From Azolla caroliniana (Eukaryota > Plantae > Polypodiophyta): a stretch of DNA of 64,000 bases. The stretch covers positions 16,368,001-16,432,000 of the forward strand of contig JBHGNT010000004.1 of NCBI GenBank assembly GCA_043228905.1, given 5' to 3'. The position numbers and the translations under genes are program-made. This document shows positions 40,070-54,544 of the stretch, in pieces (the first letter of the stretch is position 1; every line of letters begins with the position of its first letter). The notes under the pieces are model-generated. The model saw only the letters and a list, made by a program, of their open reading frames with translations, ran no database searches and was not told the origin of the DNA.

Positions 40070-40420
40070 CCATGAAATACAAAACATACATATATATGCA
40101 CATATATAGGACATACACACAAGCACATAACACATACCCTACATACTCACATGCCATACAATATGTACATACATACACACATGCCATACATACTAATACA
40201 ATATATACAATACCATATGTACATGCATACATACAGACAACACATACATATATACACATGCACATATATACAACATACACACATGCCATAAATATAATAC
40301 ATACATATGCAATTGTATAAAGCATACACATACATACACACAAAGAACATACATACATATCCATATGCATAAACACACACACTTGTATAGAACATACATA
40401 CATAGTACATACACAAGCTA
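37780..40420. repeat. Degenerate (TACA/CATA/TA/CA)n low-complexity tract
   Basis: 2.6 kb of alternating purine-pyrimidine microsatellite with pure (CA)n runs at ~39705-39732 and ~40032-40067. A similar tract lies at 42860-43070. Confidence 0.95.
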
Positions 40421-40527
40421 TAACGCTCTTTTTAAAATGCTAATTGTTTTAAAAAATGGGGGAAGAAAGGGGGGGAGATTACATATGCGTTGTGTTTTAG
40501 CAAAAAAAAGTGGGGGGGAAAAAGAAG

Positions 40528-40532
<5 letters not shown>

Positions 40533-40572
<40 letters not shown>
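40533..40572. repeat. (GA)n microsatellite
   Basis: Pure GA run directly 5' of the RPS12 retrocopy. Confidence 0.95.
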
Positions 40573-40577
<5 letters not shown>

Positions 40578-40611
40578 TCCTTCCCATTTCTCTCCACACA
40601 AAAAGGAAGCT

Positions 40612-41054
40612 ATGCCTGAAGGAGGAGAAGATGTTATTGCTGAGGCTGCTGCAGCCACATAATCAACACCTACAGTCGGAGAGCCAATGGATATCCTAAC
40701 TGGGCTACAACTTGTGCTTAAGAAGGCTCTAACACATGATGGTATTGCAAGAGGGCTACATGAGGCAGCAAATGCTATTGAAAAACATGCAGCGGAGCTT
40801 TGTGTATTGGCTGAAGATTGCAACCAACCTGATTACACGAAACTTGTACAAGCACTTTGTTCAGAGCATAATGTTAACTTGATCTCTGTTCCTAGTGCCA
40901 GGAAGCTTGGTGAATGGGCTGGGCTTTGCAAGATTGATTTAGCGGGGAATGCCAGGAAGGTTGTTGGTTGCTCATGTGTAGTTGTGAAGGATTATGGCGA
41001 GGAGACAGAGGAGAGGGTCTCAATGTGGTCTGGGAGTATTTGAAAAGTCAGTGA
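40612..41054 (+). pseudogene. RPS12: Processed pseudogene of cytosolic 40S ribosomal protein eS12
   Basis: [29 protein letters not shown]...LCVLAEDC...[31 protein letters not shown]. No introns; stop at 40660; frameshift near 41010; 3' UTR-like sequence to ~41405. Confidence 0.92.
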
Positions 41055-41404
41055 TTTTGAGGCTGAATGGCTTTCATCGGTGGTTTAGGGTTTCCTATGT
41101 CATGCCCATGCTCTTGGTACGCATCAAAATCCGCGGGTACCTTCGGTAGTCCCTGTTTTTCAGGTTTTTGTTTGGAGAGAACTGGACTATAGTGATGAGT
41201 TAGAGGAGGATGATGATGATGTAGTGGATTCTTTTCTTCCTTTTATGCAATACTAGATTCCTTCTGATTAGTTTGGTTCACTTTAATGCATATACTTAAA
41301 ACTAAAAGGTCATATTTTTATGGATCTTTTGATTCCTTTTGAAACTTAACATTAACACTCTTGTTGTTGTTTCACAATGAGATAATCTAATGTCAACCAT
41401 TGAT

Positions 41405-41509
<105 letters not shown>

Positions 41510-44500
41510 CTACATGAGGTGATCGACCTCTTCAAAGTGGCCTTCCACTAGCAAACAAGGATGTGCAAGATGAGCTACAATAAGGTGGGAGTATGTTTTC
41601 ATCAGGATCTAGACCACTTTCTGAGGGTTCTTGGTTAAGTACCATATATATAATTATAAGTTTTTAAACCTGTTCGTATGTGTGTATGTGTATTTGCATA
41701 TGCATGGTTGTGTTTGTATGCATATATGAATGCATGCACACATGCATTTGCAACATTCCCTCTTAATTTGTGTATTTGCTATTGTCATTTCACAAGCAAG
41801 AAGAGCTCTTTTGGTCTTGCGTAGCCTTATGCGGCTTCAAGAAGTGATTGACAACAGAGGGCGGATATTCCAATGACAATCAAACAAGAGTTTGTTGTGA
41901 TCTTTTGTTTGCAACTATCGTTCTATCTTCTTATTTTATTCGTACAACATATTAACCTTTGGTTTCATATTGTTACTATATAGGTGCTCAACTTACTGAA
42001 TGAAGGTGCTCGACAAAGAAGAGGTAAAAAAATGTGTTTTCATGTGTGTAGGTTTGCAAATTTTAGACTAGGTGTTCTTGAATTGAAAGCTTTGCATATT
42101 CTATAGCTTACTTACTCTATTTCTGTTGTAGAGAGATTAATGGCTATGGCTATGGAAGAGAAGATGTTTTATAGGTTAAAAGTATGATGTGTGAGTGGTT
42201 GCATTGTAGCAACTTAGGGCTCAATGTTTCTTAGAGAAAAACTCAGTGTGTTGTTTCTAACATTGCAGTAACTTTATGTAGTAAGTTCTTGCTCAAGTTA
42301 AATGTTGTGAATTATTCTTGGATATCATATGATATTCTTGTTATGATATATTCTCTTTTAGATATATCGTTTTGCACTTCCATGAAGCCACAATATAAGC
42401 ATTGTTATATAGACATGTTATAGAAGATGGAATGGAATGAAGATCGCCTTTAATGCTTAGTGCTTAGATGGTGATCCTTCTTTGGAATGAAGATGGTGTG
42501 AAGACACATGCTCCACACTAACATACAAACAATTTTTTTTAAACAGAAATAAGGAAGAAAATATATTAAAAAAGTAGAAGCAAAAATTAATGTGTTGCAA
42601 TTCAACTCATATATAAACAAATATGGAATACAATACAATACATATGTACATAGATTGACCCATGCGTAATATATATGGTGAGGCTTCCTCACTCGCTGCT
42701 CGTTATTTGTTCACTCGCTCATAGGGAAAAAATAGTTTTTTATTTTTTATTGTTTATAAAATATTCAAAAAAAGAAAAGAAAATGAATACATTTACATGC
42801 ATTTGTATTCCTATTCGTATGAATTTGTGGAGCAGGCCCCACAAATGCGAATATGTCAATCTATGCATATATATATACATATATTCATATGAAATACAAT
42901 ACATATATGTGAACATACATCCACATGCACATGTGAACATACATGCACATACACACATCACACATATATACACACAACCCATACATAAAATATATACAAC
43001 GTATGCAATATGATACAATACAATATATATATATATATATACATACATACACATATAAAACATACATGTGTTTTCTATGTAAGGGCATTTAAAATGAGTT
43101 CTTATAAAAATATATGTTGACACTAAGGGATATTTTTATTAACCCTTTTTTTATAAAAGGGTATCTAAAATAGTACAAAACATATGTATAAGGGGTTTAT
43201 AAAAGATGTCATGAACGCACGTGATACAACCTCTTTAAATATAATGAAGCCTCCGAGGGCCCAACTTGTAGCTCATGTAGATTGCTTTGCCACCTCGCCT
43301 CTGCAACATGCAATAACCTTGGTCGTGGACGAACTAGATTATTTAATTCAAGATTATCTAGTGGTTGTAAAGGAGTCATGCTCACCATTGATGGGCCAAC
43401 AAGCGCCCATTTGAAATGATTTTCTAGTGGCCGGTACCCTGTAAAGTGGTTATCTAATCTTGTATGTTGATGATTAAAGAAGACATCCCACCAATCCACA
43501 TCCTGATCACCAACGTACTTTTTGGTTCGCTCAATATTTTTCTGCATCGCATCCAATATATCGTTTGCTCTTCAATTGAACTACCAACAACCAATCTTTT
43601 ATGGTCATCATAGGGCATTTGCTCAGCATCATAGATTATTGCATCTGGGAAACTCAATAAGAGCCTACATCCGTCTGGTGGCTCCCATTGCAAACTAGAT
43701 GAGTATTGTTTGGCATACAACATGGTCTGGTTGTGACCGACCACACTTTTTTGGATGAGGAAGATGTGGTTAAAACTTATATTATTAAGTGGAGAAAGAA
43801 CCCTACATACATTCCCATCACCATCCACACAAAAGCATGTGAAATCATATACTTCATCTAAATGTTGCACATTTGGCTTGGGGGTATAAGCTTCAACAAT
43901 CAACCTTGATAGCATAGGAAGTGTGAAAGCATCGCACCTCGCTAATTTCTTGGAGAACCTACTAAACATTTGATCTACACCCTTACATGTCGCCCAATTA
44001 GACCCTTACATGCAGATTTTGTATTGTTGAAAGGGACCCACCACCCCTTAAGTAATCGATGTTGAATTCTTTGTAGCCTCATGTTCTTGATGCTATATGA
44101 AATTTTAAAAGCAACTCGACAACTCTTCATAGTAAGTGAAAGGTAATATTCCACCTACTAAGAACATGACACTGCCAGATGGTCCTTAAAAAGTTGCATA
44201 TTGGCAATCAATAATTTATCTTGTTCGTCTCCATTAGGAGACAAATACTTTTGTCGCGACCCTTGCAAGTTTGTCTTTCCAAATTTTGATAGACAAAGGC
44301 TCCCACAACATACCTTGCATATATCAATTGCAATTTGACAATCCAAACACAAAAAATTATATTGTTTAACACTCACTTGTCGAGGAACTCTTTGAAAATT
44401 TAGAGGCTTGTTGACACAGTCATCGTCAACATTCGATAAACTAGACTCATCATGATTTGTATCTACTTTAATATTTCTTATTTTACCTAAGTTAAAAGGC

Positions 44501-44946
44501 TCTATCGAAAAAAGTGACGTTGAACTCTGCTCTCGATCGTCGTTTGACTTTATATGGCACCATTTATTATTAACATGGTTATATTCCTCGATTGATAATA
44601 ACGAATTATCAGATAATTTAAAAGGCTCAATGGAAAACAGAGAATTTTTACTCGAGTTTTGAGGACATGTTGAGTAAGGCTAACTAAGATCAACTAAGTC
44701 CAAAATAGGCTCAAAGTTTTATCCTAAACATTTAAAAAACAATATAACAATTAAAACAATTAGAAAAAACAAAATTATATAAGGGAAAGTCATCTTCTCA
44801 TTGTCATTATTGTGTTCAAACAACAGAAGAGCACGGTTACCTGTAAGAATATATGGGGAGGCATAAGGGTAGGTGTAATGATGTGATTGATGTGTATGTG
44901 TAAAGTAAATGAGTGTGTGCATGTGTACAAGAATGTGTGGCGGTCT

Positions 44947-44992
44947 TATTTATAATGGTCATGTAACCATTCCATTGGATGTATTATATAAA
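44947..44992. promoter_or_regulatory. Putative bidirectional promoter (back-to-back TATA boxes)
   Basis: TTATAAATA on the minus strand (44947-44955) and TATATAAA on the plus strand (44985-44992), between the transposase and the ParB-MTase gene. Confidence 0.45.
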
Positions 44993-46405
44993 CCCCCTAT
45001 GGGATATTTAATGAATAACTTTTTCCCTCTTATTTTGGTGTCATTTCGTATTTTCACTCTTCTTCGCTCTCTCTAACGTAACTCCCCTTAGGAGGGGGGT
45101 GAAGCCAACCAAGTCTTGATTGGATCATACACCAACCAAGACTTCCAGTTTTTGCCTCCCTGGTCAAGTCGACACCAACGTCAGCAACATGAACAAGGGA
45201 AAGAAGATTGTTAGGTATGTTTTTTGAACTATATTTTTAGATTCTTCAAAGATTCCTAAAAGATTCCTTTTTGTGTTTGTTTATTTTTGCATCCAGAATT
45301 CGATCCTTTGTATCGAGTTATCGTTGAAAGAGTGTTGCTTTCAACAGGAACTCGATGTAGTGCATGGAGTTCTCGTCGAAAGGGTCACATTTCTTGATCA
45401 ATATACTAGAATTAGTCACTTTCTTGAATTACGACAAAAGGTCCCATCCTTCAAATTGAAGATTCCCTCCCCAAGAAAAGAACTATCTGACACCATGACC
45501 AAGCTTGACTCATGAAAAACGTTTATTGAGTCGGGAGGTGATGGGACTTCGAACACTTTAGGCGAAAAGAGTAGTGGGGAGCTTCAGCTGAAGAGCTACC
45601 TTCATGTGGAGTGGACATTAATCTATGCCGCGGAAGAAGGAGATTTGCCCCTTCTTTTTGCGAAATCTGAAGGTGAGGGCAAGTTGCAGGTGGGGAAGAC
45701 CTTCACCTATGGCCATGTAAAGAACATCGAATATGAAGACAACGAGTCATGAAACCTCTTGTTCGATGTTGATAACTTGGTGGGGATGCGGAGAGTCAGG
45801 ATAAATGAACAAAATTTCATAACTGACTCCTGCCACCTGAGAGCTTTGAAAAAACTGTTCAAACCAAAAATAATTTGATTGTTGCTTTGTGCCCTTATAT
45901 TAAGGGAGATCTGATGGTCGCGCAAGCAACCACACCACCAAAGTTTACCAATAAATCAAAACCGGAACATAAGAAGTACAAGAAAAGACAACAACCTGAG
46001 GAGGACGAGCCCGAGGTACTCGAGTTCGTGGAAGATGAGGAGGAAGATACCAAGCTCAAAGTTATTCCTCTAGGGGGCCATATTGCATCGGGAATACTCA
46101 CCTAAGAGAAAAATCAGATCAAAGAAAACATTGTAAAGCTGAAGCTTGTTCGTAAAGGATAACTATTTCACTTGCCGATCTCCTCTATTTAGAGGCCATC
46201 GATTGATCCTGAAATAGGAAGACGGGCTCTAGAAATAAGAGAGCCACAATACGTGCATGTGAAAAACTTAAGAAAAAAAATGAAGATAAATCCACATGCC
46301 ACTATAGTGCTATTCTTAGTAATGGTAGACCCTAATCAGTGTCCAACTGTTGCTGACTTTAAGTACAATTTGGCTGATGACTACACATACTATGTGATTG
46401 GAGGA

Positions 46406-46882
46406 CAAATATTAGAGATCTTGGTACTAAAGTAAGCTTAAGATAAGGATAAATTAATGATAGATAGAAAGGATAAAGAGAAAGAAGGGTGCCGATCCAC
46501 CCGACCACCCTTGAGCGAAGGGATCGACCCGAGCGAAGGGATCGAGACGGACTCGAGCCTCGATCGGCGTCCCATACCACCGCTGTGGCGTCGAGTCGTA
46601 CCTGGTGCTGGCGCGCTCGCTACAAGAGTTGACCCACCACAAGAGCAGAGTCTCGATATAGTCAAAAGATCCTCAAATGAGGGTAGTTAGGCCTCTTATT
46701 TATAGCGATACCCAAGGCCCCTAGGCAAGTTCACACTTGACCTAATGGGTTGTCTCAATCCCGAGGATTAAAAGTAATCCTCCCCTTCTTTACACTCTCG
46801 TTTAACCCTCACACTTATCCACGTGTACAGAATACTACGGTAAATTCTCACCACAAGATATTAAATGGTCATGCCCGTAACA
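46406..46882 (-). mobile_element. Truncated solo LTR inserted in the ParB-like exon
   Basis: Ends ...gcccgtaaCA (TGTTACGGGC on the minus strand); minus-strand TATA at ~46696-46704. Host reading frame resumes at 46883. Confidence 0.7.
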
Positions 46883-48294
46883 ATCCCACTCTACTGAAGC
46901 TCGACGCCAACTTGTGAAGGAGTATCCTCTTACCCCATTCTTCAAATATGCAAATGTAAAGTTTACACTGTCCTTACACGTGAAGAAGCCAAGTTGCTAG
47001 CTTGGGAGCATAGCAAAGATAATGACTACAGTCAGAAGATGTCATGTATCGAGTGCATCAGGTCCTTCCATGACGATTACCTTGACGTGTTGCAAAAAAT
47101 TGGTCCTAGGCTGCATCCTAGATTGCAACGACAATGTCAGCTTGAAGTGGGGATAGCAGTTGACGAAAGCACCAAGTCTGAAGGCCTGAGGAAATATGAC
47201 TCGTGGTTTCAACCTGCGTTCAGAACAGGGGAGGTGTGGGACCTTCAAGATCAAATTTTTAGCATGTGGGAGTGAAAAGAAATAAAGGGTCAAAGATCAA
47301 AGAAGGCTAAGCTCTACCCACAAGTGGAGATAAAGTCTAAGTCACGTAAAAGTGACTTAGTGTCGTGACTTGAGAATAGGAGAGAGAAATATAAGATGAC
47401 AATAGAAGGTAGAGAGAGAGAGAGTGAAAGAACACTAGAAATGTAAAGAGAGTTTATATTATAAGAGAGCAAGGATTACAAAGAGTAGGCTAAGGGGCTA
47501 CAAACTGGTGTTGAACTGAATGAATTGTGATGAATGAATAGACACCTATTTATAGGTCCTTATGGAGTATTCTAAAATGTTCTAGAATATTTATGATATT
47601 TAATATAATCATGGAATATCCTAGAATGTTCTAGAAAACTCTAAATATCTTGTAATAACTAATAATACATTTATTATAACTATACATCATATATGTTATT
47701 AGAATGATTAAAGGTCTTACATATAGACCAAGACGTCTTGGGCTCAAATCTTTGTAAGGCCAAAATGTATGTCTTCATGACATTATCCCCCCTTTTCGAT
47801 GACGAGTTCCACGAGTTGGAAGACAAGATTTCGGACTTGGCTTATGAGGATATTTGTTGTGAAACGCAGCAACCATTTCGGAGGCATTAGCAAGATTCTT
47901 AAGAGGTTCCCATGTTCGATCATTAGGTGTATAACCTAACCAGTCAACCAAATAATACAGTTTATTGCGAACGATCTTGGAGTCGAGAATGGTAGCAACT
48001 TCATATTCGGAGCCATCCGAACTTCGATTTGAGGTGGGGGGAGATGTAAGACGGCCTGGAATAGAGCTGGTTGTGTACAACTCCAAAAGTAAAACATTGA
48101 AGATCGGGTGAAGATGCATATGAGGGGGAAGATCAAGGTGAAATGCCATATCATTGATCGTACCAGATATCACATTTGGGCCAAAACATTGATAATCCAA
48201 TTTGCAGCAAGGTCGGGTTGTTCTAATGCGACCTTGTAAAAGCCATACTCGATCTCCCACTTGAAACGTAGCCGATGAATCACATCAATCACGG

Positions 48295-49636
48295 TGTCGT
48301 GATGTGGTGTGTTTAATGCGAGAAAAAGTGAAAATTTGAAGATACATGCACATTACACAAATACTTGTAAAAATGAAAATAATAATAATAAAACCTAGGA
48401 CATGATGGCATTGAATACATATTGAGGGTTGCAAGCAGGATTTGAACCTTGCACGTCTAAGATAAGAGGCAATTATCATACCACTAAAGCTACTACTACA
48501 TGCTTTAGATTTTATTTATTTCCTTCTCATATTCAATATTCCATAGGTAGCAAACAGACAAAACCATGTACACAAAACCGTGGTTTTAAGTCCATGGTAT
48601 TGTGCATGTCACAAGCATGGAGAGACCTATAAAAGCCTCTAGTTGGGCTTGAGTATGGGGGGCTCAATATGTGATATCATTATCATGACCATCAATATAA
48701 TCTTCTTCTTAATATTCTTCTTGAAATCTATCTTCTTCTAAAGTGTAAAATCTTTGATCTTCTCAAGTGTAACATTAGTTTCCTCGATTCCTACATACAC
48801 ATCGTCATCTTTTCGATAATTTCGCGAATGTCCTCCCTGTTCCGAGACCCCGGTGGTCCCGCTCAAGCAAAGCACGCACGCACGCTGTCGCGTTGCTACG
48901 CGCGTGCGTGGAGAAGGGTGGGACCACGGGGGTCTTGGACTAAGGAGTAGAGGAGAAGGAATCAGACATGGAATGGAAGCTTTGCTCAAGAAGAAGAAGA
49001 ATGAACAAGATATATTAGATCGAACAAGAGGAAGATGGAGACAAGATGATCAACAAGATATATTAAAACGAAATGAACGATTACCAAATGGTGGCCGCGT
49101 AGGCCGCACCAAACGACTACTCGAAACCCTAACCAACGAAGATGAAGATAAAGATAAAGATAAAGAAACCCTAACCCTAACCCTAACGCTCGATCTATGT
49201 GGTATACCTCGCACACTCAAAATTAGGCAACCCCCACAATGGTGCCTTCTCTCTCCTTTTATAGCACAAGGAGGGAAGACCGTTTACAAAAGTGAGACTA
49301 AAATATCCCCTTTCATTCAAAGGGGATATTTGCCTTGATTTGGGGGAGGGTGAGATTGATGGCCCCTTAACTCCCACCTCCTCACAAACAACTAGGTACC
49401 TATGTACCGCATAGTACCTCTCTCTCTCTCTCTCATGTGGATGTGCGCACAAGACCACATCACCTTTATACCTTAGGGATCTTATGGGGGCATTCCTAGC
49501 ACCATGCACTTTACCCTTATTACTATTACAAATACATTATGTACGTGTGCAGCGTTGCACATCGCTCTTTGGCTCTCGTTGCTCGGGTTTCCACTTGTGG
49601 ACGAAAATCTTCACGACAACGCGCATCTTCGCGACA
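48295..49636 (-). mobile_element. ~1.3-kb solo-LTR-like insertion in the chromovirus integrase
   Basis: TGTCG...CGACA termini; minus-strand TATA at ~49257-49263; integrase resumes on both sides; TSD unclear. Confidence 0.65.
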
Positions 49637-51930
49637 ATAGTCAACAACATTCTTTTGAGTGTTTTGAGCATCACATAAATAATGCAAAAGGATATCTTGA
49701 ATTTCTTGGAGTCGGGTGAGCCGATCTTTGGCAACCGCGTTTGTCGGGAGTTCGGGATGTTCAAGCATAGTCCAACGAGGATGGTACACAATGTTTGAAA
49801 AAAATGGGGAATATCCAGTAGAAGAATGTTTTGAGTTGTTGTAAGCAAATTCCGCCAAATGTAATAGAAGATATTGTTCTACTGTTTGGTTGGTGCGCTC
49901 ACTCTGTTCGTTAGTTTCTGGATGGTAGCCGGAAGAGAGTTTGCAAGAAGTATGTAAGAGTTTGAACATGTGTTGCCAAATTTTTGAGATGAACTGGGAA
50001 CCCTGATCACTGATAATATCATCAGGAAGACCATGATGCCGAAACACCTCTCACATGAGTAACTCGGCTGTCTCTTGGCTCGTAATGGCCTTTGTGCAGG
50101 GACGAAAATGCGCCATCTTGGTAAAACGATCTACTACCGTGAGAACAGAATCAAAACCCTTGGAAGGTGGTAGATCTGTAATGAAGTCCAATGAAATAGA
50201 TTTACATGGACTCTCGGGAATACGCATTGGCTGTAATAAGCCATATGGATGATGTTGAGTTTTTCTGGATCGGCAACATGTATCACAACTACGAACATAA
50301 TCCATAACAAAATGGCGAACTCGTGGCCACCAATACCTTCGAGAAATTAATGCCAAAGTCTTGTGGATGCCGAAATGTCTAGCCATTGATTTTCATGTTA
50401 TGACATTGTTGCAAGATTTGGAGTCAAGAAGGACCATTAGGCACATATAAGAGATTTTGTCAAAAAAGTAAACCATCATGCCAATTGAACTGGTTGTAGT
50501 CTTGACGAGGATTTTGAGATTGTGAACAAGAAGCACGATCTGGGATAATATGGTTCAGAATATCTTGGGTGAATTCATCAGTCTCAATATGCTCTCGAAT
50601 GGAGTCTAGAAGACTTGAATCCCCGGGTGTGTCTATAGCATGAAATGCCATTAGTCATAGACAGTCAGGACCCAAGAGGTTTTGCTTCTGACTTTCAAAT
50701 GCTGCCTCTCCTGGTTGAAGTTCCATATACGAACACCGAGATAAAGCATCTGCTTTTCCTTGTTGCATCCCAGGGTGATATAGAATTACGAAATCAAAAT
50801 GAGTTAAGAACTGTGCCCAACGAGCTTGTTGACGACTCAAGACTCGAGCACTTTGGAAGTACGTAGATTTTTGTGATCATTATCGACAATGATTTGTTGA
50901 GACGAACCCTCCAAAAAATGACGCCATTGTTGAAAAGAATCCACAATGGCAAGAAGCTCTTTGTTGTGAATCTCATAGTTGATTTCTACAGCTTCGAATT
51001 TCCGTGAATGAAAAGCCGTAGGGTGCAGTTGGCCATCATTGCTAATTTGGGATAATACGCTTCCTAGTGCGAAGTCGGATGCATCAACTTTGAGTATAAA
51101 GTGCTTCAATGGATCAACATGCATCAAAATTGGTGCGGATGTAAATGCTTGCTTTAATCCTTCATATGGTCGATGCTCTGGTAGTCTATTGGCCTTCACC
51201 TTATCAAACACATCGGAGAATTCTATATATTTCTTCGGTAGTTGGACCCCTGATTCTTGTGAGCTCGATGTGGGAGTTGCTAAAACTGCGAACAACAACG
51301 TGTCTTCCTTCTGTCCTTCCTTGCGTAACTAATGTATAGAGATTGTCAAAATCTTTTGGAATGTCATATCCTTTGTTGGAGTTTTAAGAGATGTGGACTA
51401 TGTTGTGACCTCTTCAATGGTTCTTTTTCTTCAATCAATAGTTGGGTTATGTAGCTCAAACCATGGAAGACCAAGAACTAGGGAGTGCTCTGGAGTACTA
51501 ATGATGTTGAATGAGATGACACTAGCCAAATTGCCTAGGACTACGCAAATTGGTTCAGACTCTTCAACTATATCACCTGATGTTATGGGGCGTCTATCAA
51601 TGACTCCAACAGACACTGGGCTTGGGAGATTATTCAATGGAATATTATGCATTATAGCAAACTCACGATCCATGAAACAAGAGTTGGCTCCAGAGTCTAA
51701 GAGGGCAGAAACTAGGACTCGATGGCACCTAGATGTGTTAAGCTCAACTTGTGCAGAGAAAACTCAACTAACTTGACCGGATGAAATGGAACCACAACTA
51801 GGGACGGACGTTATATGCCTAGGGTTTTCCAAACAAATGGCTCCAATTTTGGCCGAACTTACTCGTTTAACACATCATCTAATTGGCTCAAGACATCAAA
51901 TGTATTTTTATGACAGGGACTACTAGGCCT

Positions 51931-52143
51931 ACTTGGGTTACGAGAAGTAGGGGTAGAAATTGAGATGGGATTGTCATGAGCACTTACTTGGTTAACTTGT
52001 CATCGTGGTTTATGTGGACAATTCACATCAATATGCCCTGGACCACTTGGGTTACGAGAAGTAGGGGCAGAAATTGAGATGGGATTGTCATGAACACTTG
52101 GTTAACTTGTCATCGTGGTTTATGTGGACAATTCACATCAATA
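51931..52143. repeat. ~114-bp tandem duplication at the end of chromovirus gag
   Basis: acttgggttacgagaagtaggg...attcacatcaata occurs at 51931 and again at 52045. Confidence 0.85.
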
Positions 52144-54544
52144 GAGGCATAGAAGATTCGATCGTCGTCGTTGCTTTTCAGCATCCGATAATGGTCCTTG
52201 ACATCATGTTGTCTCGATTTCCATTGGAGTAGGGCCTTCCACCACACTTGAATTTGATACTTGGGGTGGAGTTGCAACCACCGAAGCATATATTTTTGTT
52301 GGTCGGAAGCGTAACATTTGTTGGTACTCAGAACGCCTCTCATATAAGCGATTGTCACATTGCATGGCCCAACTTACTACTTCAGTAACAAATTTTGGAT
52401 CATCATGGAAGGTAAGAAGTAAATCCTTCACATCATTGCATAGACCTTGAAGAAATTGGTCCATTAATGTCGTCTTGTCCCATGGAATATCACATGCTAG
52501 AAGGCGAAAATCTACAACATAAGCGGAAGCAGGACGATCTCCTTGTCGTAGTCGCTGAATTTTGTTTATTGTGGTCCTCATACTATTAGTGTCTCCAAAG
52601 TTGGCTTGGAACTCATTAATAAACCCTTCAAAATCTTCTAATAATGGTGAGTGCTTCTCTAGGAGTGGTGCAAACCACGCTAATGCGGTACCCGTTAACA
52701 AGGTACCAACTAGACCCGCACGAGCAACATTAGTTGGGTAACGGCTATGATGCAATTTAATCACAAGCCGTACCTGATTTAAAAATCCATGAAATTGAGA
52801 CCTTGTACCATCAAACTTGGTCAGCAGACTAATCTTGGGTTGCTTTGCCGAGGTTTGAACTTCCGCCGCTTGTCATTGCAATAGAGTGGTCTCCAATTGA
52901 TGCACCCGTTGAGATAATACTTCATATTGTTATACTTTCTCATCACTTACTTGTTGTAGGTCTCCCAGCAATCTTTGATTTTCATGCTCCAATGCCACGA
53001 ATTTGGTTGTTAGCATGTCGAGCTCGGAGAGAACACGTGTATATTCTTTCTTGCTGACGAACTCCATTGTTGCGAGAGAAAATTGCTAGATTTTCTTGAA
53101 TAAGGTTAAGATAAGAAGAAGACGTTGGAGAAGAAGAAAAGAGAGATATTCGGTTCAAACTGTCGTGACTTGAGAATAGGATAGAGAAAGATAAGATGAC
53201 AATAGAAGGTAGAGAGAGAAAGAACACTAGAAATGGTAAGAGAGTTTATATTATAAGAGAGCAAGGATTACAAAGAGTAGGCTAAGGGGCTACAAACTAG
53301 TGTTGAACCTAATGAGTTGTGATGAAATAATAGATGCCTATTTATAGGTCCTTATGGAGTATTCTAGAATGTTCTAGAATATTTTAGATATTTATGATAT
53401 TTAATATAATCATGGAATATCTTAGAATGTTCTAGAATACTCTAAATATCTTGTAATAACTAATAATATATTTATTATAACTATACATCATATATGTTAT
53501 TAGAATGGTTAAAGGTCTAACATATAGACCAAGACGTCTTGGGCTCGAATCTTTATAAGGTCAAAATGTATGTCTTCATGACACTTAGTAATTGAAGAAT
53601 TAGCCGAGGATATGAAGTTGCTTTCTTGGCGGTCATTGCAAGGAATCAAAGATGACAAATGATTAATATCTGTATTATCAAGAGTGGCCGCCAAGGAGTT
53701 CAACCTTGATGAAATGGTTATAGAGTTTCAAAAGTGAGTAATCTATGTGATGATTTATTTTCATTGTATTGATTTGCTCTTTATTCTAACCCTACTTTCT
53801 TTTAATTTTTAGTTATAAGGTTTATATGAAGATACAAGAGCTAATGATGAAAAAATTGTCCTTGCCTACGTGGGAAGAGGTGGAGCAATCGTACCCCAAA
53901 ATATCATCATACAAGGCTCTTGAAGAATTATTCACTGTGTTTAGAGAATGGGTATGTATGTTTTGCAAATATTAATTGATTTTAGGATAATGGGTATCTT
54001 CCTACAAAACGTATAATTACATAAACCACCTCGTTCAAAGAAAATGTGTGACAACAATGAAGGCATACCAAGCGCCTTCATCACCCATTTGGAACGAGAA
54101 AAATATGAGAAACAAATGACAAAAGGAAAGGAGCTCGAGGTGCCTGAGGACTCAGATACTGTGAAAAGTTTTTTGCACAAGGCAGATCCTTTCTAAGAAC
54201 TATACTATAGTGCTTATAATGGTGTGATGTGGGTAATATATGCTTCACATATTACCCAAGAGACATTATACATTGCTCATTGCGGATATATCATATGGAT
54301 TCCGGATATCAGGCTCTACATACGACAATGTACTATACAAATATCCGCAAATAGAGAAGATGGTAAAAGACTTTGCAGAGCTGACCCTGGCTCTATTATT
54401 GCGAACCGTTATATTTCATAGTATGGGTTAGGCTTTATCGGTCACTACTGCATTGAAGTCGAGATGCCATGCTACCGAACACATGCATTGGTAAGCTTTA
54501 TGTTACTATATATTTAATATATGGATTCGATGGTGCTTACTACA

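Larger units (their letters stand above)
47361..53583 (-). mobile_element. Chromovirus (Tcn1/Tf1-like Gypsy), RT-deleted
   Basis: LTRs 47361-47782 and 53161-53583; TSD CTTAG at 47356-47360 and 53584-53588; PPT aaaaggggggataa. Gag (GPTPMEI), protease (ALLDSGA), RNase H (VDASD), integrase (ISLDFITDLP), chromodomain (EYEVATILDS...YLVDWLGY...TWEP). Confidence 0.95.

Noticed and set aside
37777-40420. Many His/Ile/Tyr/Cys-rich ORFs on both strands
   Set aside because: Translation artefacts of the TACA/CA microsatellite.
49125-49187. ACCCTA repeats as interstitial telomere
   Set aside because: Only about three units plus telo-box motifs inside an LTR-like insertion.
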